DNA of 52,182 nucleotides, taken from the NCBI GenBank assembly GCA_964353405.1, contig CAYGWJ010000337.1:1-52182 (forward strand), read 5' to 3'. Positions 36,878 through 45,300 of the stretch are shown one piece after another. The stretch's first letter is position 1, and every line of letters starts with the position of its first letter. The notes below the pieces were generated by a model, which worked only from the letters and a program-made list of their open reading frames with translations, had not been told where the DNA came from and searched no databases. Origin of the DNA: an uncultured Anaerolineae bacterium (GTDB lineage: Bacteria > Chloroflexota > Anaerolineae > Fen-1058). Made by a program: the position numbers and the translations under genes.

Positions 36878-37648
36878 TTAGCCCGATCGTGCGGTGATGA
36901 ACTGGTGTGCCTTTTGCCACACTTGCTCTTTTTCACTGTCCACCCATAGGCAGTGGCCCGAGTTGGTCAGCCAGATCAGCTCTTTGTCCTTCGAAGCGAT
37001 GCGGTCCAAGGCGTACACACCGCTCTTGGGCTTGACGCTCTGGTCGCGGGTGCTCATCAAGATCAGGGCCGGCCGGGTGATCTTGCGCAGATCGCGGCGC
37101 ACCGAATGCTCGAGCAGGTTGAGTTGCTCGACTGCTGCTACAGGCGTGCCCATGTATGACCACAAGTAACGCTCTCGCGCTTCTGGATCGGTCAGGTCAT
37201 CGCCGTCGCGCGCGGGGTCATAAGGATTGAACTGGGTGAAATATTTGATGGCCCACGCCAGCCCCGAGCGCCGGTCCACGGTAAACAGCGCGGGAGCCAT
37301 CGGAACGATCCCAGCAATTTCGGGATGGCGCTCGGCCAGGTGAAGCGTCAGCAATCCGCCCATCGAGCCGCCGCACACAAAGACCTGGCGGCAGCGGCCT
37401 TGGAGCTGCCGGTAAGACTGCTCGACGGCATCGGTCCACTCGTGCCACTTGCGGCGGGCCAGGTCTTGCCAGTTCGTCCCGTGACCGGGCAACAGTGGCC
37501 CGACCACCGTGTGGCCCTTTTGGGCAAGATACTGTCCCATCGGGCGCATCTCGGATGGACTGCCCGTAAAGCCATGAATCAACAGCACGCCGGTCGAGTT
37601 GCCGGGATAATCGAATGCATCGGGTACGGGCAGTGGATAGTTTGTCAT
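36878..37648 (-). CDS. Alpha/beta-hydrolase carboxylesterase (Est30/YvaK-like)
   Basis: HGFTGSP, LPGHG, GGSMGG nucleophile elbow, D and SGH triad residues. Confidence 0.92.
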   Translation of the reverse strand: MTNYPLPVPDAFDYPGNSTGVLLIHGFTGSPSEMRPMGQYLAQKGHTVVGPLLPGHGTNWQDLARRKWHEWTDAVEQSYRQLQGRCRQVFVCGGSMGGLLTLHLAERHPEIAGIVPMAPALFTVDRRSGLAWAIKYFTQFNPYDPARDGDDLTDPEARERYLWSYMGTPVAAVEQLNLLEHSVRRDLRKITRPALILMSTRDQSVKPKSGVYALDRIASKDKELIWLTNSGHCLWVDSEKEQVWQKAHQFITARSG

Positions 37649-38181
37649 GAGGGTATCTCCATTTGAGCGATGGCGTGAATGTCCGGCCAGCCATACGCGA
37701 TCTCGATCAAGCTGGCTCCGCCGATTTCGATGGTTTTTTCATACAGATACTCGCCGCCGAGCGCCTCGTAAAACTGGCGCGAAGGATTTTGCGCCAGCAC
37801 CCATACCAGCATCGAAGACAAGCCCATTTCGATCAGCCGACGCGCGACCGTTTGCGCCAGTTGGCGGCCAATTCCCCGGCGCAGATAGTCGGGATGCAGA
37901 TAGATGGCGTACAATTCGCCTGTGTAGTTTGGATCACCGTCACGTTCCGGCCCGCCACCGGCAAAGCCGATGATGGTTCCGTCATCACCTTGGGCGACGT
38001 AGACGAAAGATGCACTGTCGGCATTCGAGAGCGATTCTCGCCATCGGCCGGCGCGTTTCTCGTATGAAAGCGAGGCCAGATGTTCGTCAGGCACAATGCC
38101 CTTGTACGCTACACGCCAACTATCCACGTGAACACGGGCAAGGCCATCGGCGTCATTGGCGTGGGCCAGGCGAATTTGCAC
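37645..38181 (-). CDS. GNAT acetyltransferase
   Basis: HVDSWR.AYKGI, ELYAIYLHP..RRGIGRQL, WVLAQNP.RQFYEALGG. Confidence 0.92.
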   Translation of the reverse strand: MQIRLAHANDADGLARVHVDSWRVAYKGIVPDEHLASLSYEKRAGRWRESLSNADSASFVYVAQGDDGTIIGFAGGGPERDGDPNYTGELYAIYLHPDYLRRGIGRQLAQTVARRLIEMGLSSMLVWVLAQNPSRQFYEALGGEYLYEKTIEIGGASLIEIAYGWPDIHAIAQMEIPS

Positions 38182-38240
38182 AGGTTATCTCCTGAAGGAG
38201 GCGCAAAGCGAGTATAGCCGCTTTCGAGAGGTGCGTCAAA

Positions 38241-40688
38241 CTAACGCACGGTGACGGACAGCAGGTTGACGTGGTCTGTGGCCGCGCCAGAGGCGAGTTG
38301 AAGCGGCCAACGCGTCATCGTATCCGGCGAATAGACGCCGAGTTCAAGTTGATAAACTCCGGGCGGCGTGTCGGGCTTGATGGGCGCGCGAACATGCTGA
38401 ACGATCACATCGCCGATTTCCAGTCCGCGCAATGCCGTACCCCAGCCATCATATTGGCCGACGATTTGCAATCCGTCACTCGTGACGTGGGCAAAAAACG
38501 CGATAGGCGGCACCAGATCGCCCGTCACGCGCCAATAGGTCGTCAGGTCGAGCGCATCGCCGCGCGCGACGTAGGGCGATTCGATTCGATAGCCGATAAG
38601 CGCAAGCTTGCCATCGAAATCGGCGGGTAGGCCTTGCGGCATGGGTGCGCGCCACTGCGCCAGTTGCGATTCGACCAGTGGTCGCGCATCAACCATGAGC
38701 GCATCGCCGTCCTTTTGTCCGATGGCACGAAAGGTCCGGCGCAAGTCGCGGTCGAACGGCAGTGGATCGGGCGCGATGTAACGCGCCGGGCCGTTCATTG
38801 CAAAAATGAACACGTCGGGGTTGTCGGCCCACTTGACGATGAGGCGATGTCCGGGTGCGACGCCAAGCGTCTGCGGGTTGACGGCATACGCCGGTGTGCT
38901 GACGATTACGGCGCGGTCCATTGGCGTGTTAGCCGCGTAATCTACTTGGTAGATCAGAATCGAATAGCCCGCGCGCGCGATGGGAGTCTTGTCTCGAAAG
39001 TAAGCGAACAAGTCTTGCTCGCGGTAGACCAAGCCCAGGCGCAGGCTGGTGGCGCTGATGGCGTACCAGCCTGGCTCCGGTGAGTAGGGATTGAACGAGT
39101 CCACCTCCGGCCCGATGACAAAGTGCAAAAAGCCGGGCAGCGGCCAGTAGCGCACGCCATAGGCCGCCGGCAAGGCTGTGCCAAAATATGAAAGGTTCAC
39201 AACCTCAATTTCATTCTCATCCATCCACGCTTTGAGCGCGGGCAAGTCCTGTCCCCAATCCAGGTTCGAGTCCACGAGGATGTTGTGCGCGTTGACTGGT
39301 CCACCGGCTAGTTCATTAAAGTATGAGAGGTGATGAGGAAAGATCAGGACTGTGCTTATCATTTGCCACAGGAAGATAAGGAGACACGCGCCGCTGGACA
39401 AGGTGACAAGGTGAGATTTGAAATTTGAAATTTGAGATTTGAAATTTGCTGTGTTGCCCGCGAGGATGATGACGAACGGCAGAACAGGCAGGATATGCCG
39501 GTAGCCGATGGTCAACGGGCTGAACATGGCGGCGGCCATTGCAAAGGCAGGGGGAATCCACGCGGCCGATGTGCGTTGCCAAATGCGCTTGCTTGCGATG
39601 ACGATGATGCCGACGACAAGAAGGATCAGTGTGGGCAGGGGTGTCTTGAGCGCCAAGGTCACGGGAAAGTAGTACCACCAGCCAGTGCGGCTCACCTGAC
39701 CCATCAGGAACGTTGGGTAGCCTTGTGAGTATTCGGCGTAAACCTTGGCGAGTCCGCGCCAGTAGGTTGCAGCGGGCAGACCGTTGCGGATCTCAAAGCC
39801 ATACACGGCCCAGATGACGAGGAGCGCAATGAGACCTGCGATCGTGAGGGCGAGCAGCCGCTGAAATCTCGTCGCGACACCCAGTCTGTCACTCTGAGCC
39901 GCCGAGCGGCGAAGGGTCACTGTCCTGCGAGAAGGAGATTCTTCGCCGCTTCGCGGCTCAGAATGACAAGGCTGTGTAGAATAGAGCGACGCTTCGCTGC
40001 TTCGCGGCTCAGAATGACAAGGCTTTGTAGGATAGAGCGACGCTGCAAACACAAACATCGGCGCAAGCACGAGTCCGGTGAACTTGGTCCCCATCGCCGC
40101 GCCCGCCGCCACGCCGACCCACACCAGATTCCATCGCGTCGGTTTTTTCAGCCAGGCCCACAGTCGCCACATCGCAATCGTCATTGTGGCGGCCAGGCCC
40201 AGGTCGGTCGTCGAGAGACGCGAGTGGGCGATGAGGTTCGGGTCGAATGCGTACAGCGCCAGCGCGAGGAGGGCGGCGTTGAGGCCGAACAAGTCACGTG
40301 TGAAGCGGAATACGACCGCACCCAGCAGCACGCCCAGCGCGATGATGGGCAAGCGGCCTAGCAGGACCAGCCGCACCGCAATGTCGGAATTGGCTTGCCA
40401 GAGGAACGCATCGCCAAAATCGTCGGGCACGGCGTTTTGCCACGCGGGTATGTCAATCGGCAATGTGGGTTTGAGGAACTCGAGCGGCAGCGCGTTCCAC
40501 ACGTTTACCAGCGGCGGATGCTCGGTCGCAAGGCGCGGGTCGCCTGTGCGGAGATAGGCATAGCCTGCTGCCAGGTGATACTCTTCATCAAACGCCGCCG
40601 AGTTGGCCGGCGAGCCGAGCGCGGCTTGCGCGGCGAAGAGGATAAGCAAGAGTGCGGCGAGTAGGATGTGCCAGGGTTTCAAATGCAA
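38241..40688 (-). CDS. GT39/ArnT-like glycosyltransferase with C-terminal Ig-like domain
   Basis: AFDEEYHL.AGY, EHPPL, KFTG, YFNEL.GG, DSNLDWGQD; contains in-frame repeat insertions. Confidence 0.9.
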   Translation of the reverse strand: MHLKPWHILLAALLLILFAAQAALGSPANSAAFDEEYHLAAGYAYLRTGDPRLATEHPPLVNVWNALPLEFLKPTLPIDIPAWQNAVPDDFGDAFLWQANSDIAVRLVLLGRLPIIALGVLLGAVVFRFTRDLFGLNAALLALALYAFDPNLIAHSRLSTTDLGLAATMTIAMWRLWAWLKKPTRWNLVWVGVAAGAAMGTKFTGLVLAPMFVFAASLYPTKPCHSEPRSSEASLYSTQPCHSEPRSGEESPSRRTVTLRRSAAQSDRLGVATRFQRLLALTIAGLIALLVIWAVYGFEIRNGLPAATYWRGLAKVYAEYSQGYPTFLMGQVSRTGWWYYFPVTLALKTPLPTLILLVVGIIVIASKRIWQRTSAAWIPPAFAMAAAMFSPLTIGYRHILPVLPFVIILAGNTANFKSQISNFKSHLVTLSSGACLLIFLWQMISTVLIFPHHLSYFNELAGGPVNAHNILVDSNLDWGQDLPALKAWMDENEIEVVNLSYFGTALPAAYGVRYWPLPGFLHFVIGPEVDSFNPYSPEPGWYAISATSLRLGLVYREQDLFAYFRDKTPIARAGYSILIYQVDYAANTPMDRAVIVSTPAYAVNPQTLGVAPGHRLIVKWADNPDVFIFAMNGPARYIAPDPLPFDRDLRRTFRAIGQKDGDALMVDARPLVESQLAQWRAPMPQGLPADFDGKLALIGYRIESPYVARGDALDLTTYWRVTGDLVPPIAFFAHVTSDGLQIVGQYDGWGTALRGLEIGDVIVQHVRAPIKPDTPPGVYQLELGVYSPDTMTRWPLQLASGAATDHVNLLSVTVR
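39397..39448. repeat. In-frame octamer and heptamer tandem repeats
   Basis: (gacaaggt)x2 followed by ga(g/a)attt heptamers; encodes NFKSQISNFKSHLVTLS. The same heptamer family occurs at 31-55. Confidence 0.75.
39887..40042. repeat. In-frame REP-like TGTCA..TGACA palindrome plus 51-bp tandem duplication
   Basis: tgtcactctgagccgccgagcggcgaagggtc...gattcttcgccgcttcgcggctcagaatgaca; 39941-39991 is near-duplicated at 39992-40042; sibling element at 50123-50209. Confidence 0.85.
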
Positions 40689-40819
40689 GTCCCAAAGATC
40701 AAGCGCAGCTCAGAAACTCGGCGAGGTCGTTTTGTTCGATTTCTAGTACCCGGCCATGAAACACAGGCAATCTATCTTGACGAAGCTGGAATAGGGTCGT
40801 CATATATAGCTATGGAGAT

Positions 40820-41851
40820 TTATTGAATAGGTTCAAGGATTGCTTTTGCAGGTGGACGCCAAAAATCAAGCAGGTATTCGAATGTCGTTCCCATCGTAAT
40901 ATAGTTCGAGGGCCACCCAAAGATACCGATCCGGTTCACGATGTTGGTGCGATCCCAAATGATCGTATTCCGCAGTTCATATCCGCGTCGTCGCAGCTCT
41001 TGCACTAATGCAACGTGAATTGTGATCCGCTGATTCTCCCACCACATATCCGGCACGTTAATGACACAATGCGCTTTTGGCTTCAAGAGGGGCAGCAATT
41101 GCTCAAAGATTTCTCCCATTGCCGCAGTATATTGTTCCAGCGGCAGCGTTCCAAGATCACGCGCGTCTTGAGAATATTGTTCCACCTTGCCAAGTTGATC
41201 GTTTTTCCGTTCATCGCCACGCCGCGATTTATTCTTGCGCTTTCGATTCAATAGATTCGCGTAGGGTGGTGAAGTCCATATCAAACTCACTGTTTCATGT
41301 GCTATATAACGAGGAATATAAAGCGCGTCATCCTGTAGGGCAATCTGTTGAGCCTGATTGCAGGAATTGTTACTGGCCAGTCGTTCGACACATAGATCAA
41401 CATACTTTTCCTGCAAATCGAATCCGACGGCATTCCTATTGAGGTCTTGTGCTGCAACCAGTGTTGTGCCACTGCCTACGAAAGGGTCCAGAACCAATTC
41501 GCCTTCATGTGTGAATAGCTCAATTATTTTCCTTGCAAGTGCGATTGGAAAAGTGGCTGGGTGTTTCTCTTTATCTCGGACATCGCGCTTCTCATATGAG
41601 AATTGCCATACGCCTAACTGACTCTTTATCCATTCTTTTGCCGTCATGCAATTCAAGTGGTTGGCAGGATGTTCGCAAGTTCTTGTATAGCCGATGTTGA
41701 GGCAAGCTCGATGCAGACCACTCGCTTCCTTGATAGCGCGTGGCAAACCAGTGTCTTGAGGGAATATTTCTTTTCCTGCTTTTGGTGTTGCGGGCTCTTC
41801 TTTCGGAGAATCCGATCTCTTTGGCACTGTCTTACTCGATTTCCCAGACAT
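40820..41851 (-). CDS. Orphan amino-DNA methyltransferase (probably N4-cytosine)
   Basis: HPATFP, LDPFVGSGTT (motif I) precedes WTSPPY (motif IV); visibly AT-richer than flanks; start 41851 or 41860. Confidence 0.9.
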   Translation of the reverse strand: MSGKSSKTVPKRSDSPKEEPATPKAGKEIFPQDTGLPRAIKEASGLHRACLNIGYTRTCEHPANHLNCMTAKEWIKSQLGVWQFSYEKRDVRDKEKHPATFPIALARKIIELFTHEGELVLDPFVGSGTTLVAAQDLNRNAVGFDLQEKYVDLCVERLASNNSCNQAQQIALQDDALYIPRYIAHETVSLIWTSPPYANLLNRKRKNKSRRGDERKNDQLGKVEQYSQDARDLGTLPLEQYTAAMGEIFEQLLPLLKPKAHCVINVPDMWWENQRITIHVALVQELRRRGYELRNTIIWDRTNIVNRIGIFGWPSNYITMGTTFEYLLDFWRPPAKAILEPIQ

Positions 41852-42068
41852 GTTCTTCATCTTGAATGTCGTCAATTTCACTATCTGGCTTGGCATCCCA
41901 CAACCAGGATCTAGCACCATCCTCGTTCTTAATCTCAACTGTTGTTAGGCCAAGCTTGCTGTCATTCTCAAGAGCAATGGCTTGTCGTTCAGCATCGTGA
42001 TAGTCCTGAGCTTCTATCCTTCGCTTGAGAATGACCACCCTGGCATAAGTGAGTGTAAAAGTCGGCAC
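41832..42068 (-). CDS. Small acidic hypothetical protein (78 aa)
   Basis: GAGGAG RBS then GTG; MPTFTLTYARVV...EHVWEIE; overlaps the MTase start. Confidence 0.55.
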   Translation of the reverse strand: MPTFTLTYARVVILKRRIEAQDYHDAERQAIALENDSKLGLTTVEIKNEDGARSWLWDAKPDSEIDDIQDEEHVWEIE

Positions 42069-42196
42069 GGTGTCTCCTCTTGTCGAATAACAGCGTCTGT
42101 CGGCGCCAATAGCGAAGCGAATCTCAACTCTAGTGAGATACGCGCCTCGCATGAATATGATACCACAAAACATCAAACGCTGGCTTTAGAAAGGAA

Positions 42197-42231
42197 TAAA
42201 AGCGGCGCGAGGTGATTTGCCTCGCGCCGCT
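42197..42231 (-). terminator. Intrinsic terminator after the A2M gene
   Basis: agcggcgcgagg-N7-cctcgcgccgct with an A-run on the left. Confidence 0.75.
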
Positions 42232-42278
42232 CCACTCTACTCTCCACGCTCAACGCTCTAGAGCGGTTTCCTGATCAG

Positions 42279-42354
42279 TGTACGGGATGGCTGCTCACGG
42301 CGGATTGCCAAATCCGCCGCTGGATTTGGCAATCCAGCGGGAGCACGCCGTACA
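42279..42354. repeat. Nested palindromic element (outer stem with two inner hairpins)
   Basis: tgtacgg...ccgtaca enclosing ggcggattgccaaatccgcc and cgctggatttggcaatccagcg. Confidence 0.65.
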
Positions 42355-42377
42355 TGCAACTGGAATTCGCTCTAAGG

Positions 42378-45300
42378 TCACGGCCTTGCTTGCACGCTAA
42401 CCAGTGACGGTGGCTGGAGGCCGGAGACGTCGGGATTGTAGTAATCGTACACCGACGACGGCGGCGCTTGCGCCTTGAGCGGGAACTTGGCCCGCAGCCG
42501 ATACCCAAAGCTGATCTTGTAATCCAGGTTCTCCATGTACAGGATAATCTGCGAACCGGTCAGCTCGTAGCGGCGCACCTTGGTGGCAAGCTGGCTGCTC
42601 TGGCTCACGAGCGCGTCCAGATCCTCGCTCAGCACGTCAAAGCCGGGCGGCACGCCCAGGTCAACGATGGCCCATTGCACCTTGGCGTTCTTGTTGAGCG
42701 TAATGTCCACCTTTGCCGTCATCTCGTCGCCCACGAACAAGTTGGCGTTGTCATACGTCACCTTGACCTCCACCGGCGGTTGAGCCGGAGCGGTCGCGAT
42801 TGACCACGGCACGTAAGCGGAGGTTGTGACCTGGTACATCAGGTTCTCGGTGTTCGAGCCGCTGACGCGCAGGCTCACGCGATTGTCGCCCGATTGCACG
42901 TCGTCAAAGGCGACGACGTGCACCACGTCGGCGTTCTCGGACGTGAGACGCACGGTCTGCGGCGTTCTCCCGTTGAGCGAGACGCTCACCGTCGCATCGG
43001 GCTGTGGCTTGTCTGTGCTCGACGCGGCCAGCAGCGCCTTGAGCGAAAGGATGGTGGCTTGCGTGGACTCCCACGTGCCAAAGCTGTCCTTGGAGCGCGT
43101 GAGGAAGCGCAGGCCCGCTTGAGCCAGGTCGTGGTTGCTCTTGCCGCTCACGAGCGCCTGCGTTGCCAGCGCAGACGTTTCAATGTCGGCCACGTTGCCC
43201 GAAGCGCCCGTGAACGATTGGGCGCGGGCCGTCCAGCGCGCGGTGTCTTGCTCGCGCGTCGCGAACGACGCCAGCTTGGTGAGCGCGGGTTGGGCCGTGC
43301 TGTCACTGGCCGCCGTCAGCGCGTTGGCGACGAGCGCCAGCGTGTACGCATCGTCGGCCTCGCTCCAACGCGAGCGCAGATACGAGAGCGCGCGCTGCGT
43401 GCCAGACTCGTTCCCATAGCCCGCTTCGATCAGCGCCCACGTGATATAGGCCGTGGTGGGCAGCTTGTCGTTCTTGAGCGTCGTCCAGCTTTCCATATAG
43501 CCCGCCGAGCCTTGGCCGCCCCACGATCCGTCGCCGCTTTGTTGACCCAGCAGCCAGCGCGCGGTGCGCTCGATCACGGCGCCATCCACCGCGTACACGT
43601 GCTGCATGTCCGAAAACTCCATCAGCCCATACGCGGTGTGCATCAACGTGGCGGGCGGATTGCCGAACAGACTGAACCCGCCGCCCTCGACTTCATACGT
43701 GAGCAGGCGTTGATAACCGGCCGCGATGTAGGTCTGCGCCTTCATCCGAACTTGCGGCGCGGCGCGGCCCGTGCGATTGAGATAGTCCAGGATCAACACA
43801 TCCGGGTAGAGCGTGGACAAAGTCTGCTCGAAGCAGCCATCGGGCATCCGCAGCAGCGCGTCCAGTCCTTCGACGATTTGCGCAGATGCGCCCGCATAGA
43901 CTTTGACTTGTATGCGCGCGGTTCCATTGATCGCTTGCGCTGGAACGACGACGGTCGCTTCGGTGTCCCCGGTCAACAGGTCGCTGGTCGAGCTACGCAC
44001 CTGCGTGCCGTTCGGCGCCACGCGCACATCTTTGGCGATGGCATCGGACATGGCCGTGCCTCGACCGGTGACGGTCATCCGGCCCAGTCCGAACTGCTTG
44101 ACGCGGATGCGAAAGTAGACCACGTCAATGTCGTTCGCGCCGATGGTGATCGTCTTGGTCTGGTCGTCCATCAGATCGAACCACTCGGCGGACGCAAGCT
44201 CCAACTTGACTTGCTGTGATTCAGGCAGATAGTTGTACACGGCCACAGGCACGGCCACTTCGTCATCCACCGTCAACTGCACGGGCAGGTCGAGGTCAAT
44301 AAAGAAATCCTGGAACACACGCAAGCCGTAGGTCTGTGAGCCGATCTGCCCGTTCTGCGTCGAAGCGAGCGCCGTGAGCCGCCAGGTAGTGATGCTATCG
44401 GCCAGTGGCACGTCGAGCTTTAAACGTCCGTCTTGGTCGGTGAGGGCTTCAGGATTCCAGTACATGGTTTCCGGGAAGAACTGACGCAAGCGCACCGGCT
44501 CGGCAGGCGCGGCTTGACCAGCGGGCTTGGCGACTTGAACTGTTGGCTGTGCTGCGGGCGCTTGGGTCGGCGCGGGTGCGCGGGTGGGCGCTGCTGCCGC
44601 GGGCGCACTGGTTGCAGCCGCCGGAATTTTGGGGTTTGCTTGTCTATCAAATGCCCCAGGCGTTGCTGCCGGGCTACAACCGGCCAGCCAACCGACCGGC
44701 CCGGCGTAGGCCACCGGATTGCCGAGCGTGCGCACAAACAGCGAGTGCGACCCGCTTAGCGCTGCTGTGATGACGATGGGCAGCCACAGGAAGCCGACGA
44801 GCGTAGAGGCCCACGCGGCCGGGCGTTTGCCTTCCAGGCGCAATCCTTGTCCAAAGATCACCAGCACCAAGATCATCCCGGCGAACGTCACGATCGTCCA
44901 TGTCAACGCGCGGCCTTTCAGGTCGCCGCCGTTTTCGGCCACGTAAGCCATCAGCACGCCGAGCAGCGTGTAGGCCATCGTGAGGCCGGTCATCAACTGC
45001 GCGCGCGGGTCCTCGTTGCGCCAGGCATAGATCGCAAAAGCAATCCACGCGGACAGCCAGACCAGCGCGGCCAGGATCACGGCCAGCGGGCCCAAGATCG
45101 CGTTGGCGCTCCACAGTCCAATGTACAGGCCGATGGCGCAGAATGGCGCGGCCAGGATGGCCAGGAGCGACCACTTGCCGACCGTGCGCATGGCTTTGCC
45201 CAGCACGCCGCTCGGGCGCAGTCCCCAGATGAGGACGATGAGCGCGAGGAGGGGCAGAATGATGAGCGTCTTGCTCAGCGTGCCGGAAAGCTGGATGAAA

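Noticed and set aside
39941-40042. 51-bp tandem units as a mini CRISPR array
   Set aside because: The units are contiguous duplicates with no unique spacers, lie inside an ORF, and no cas genes are present.
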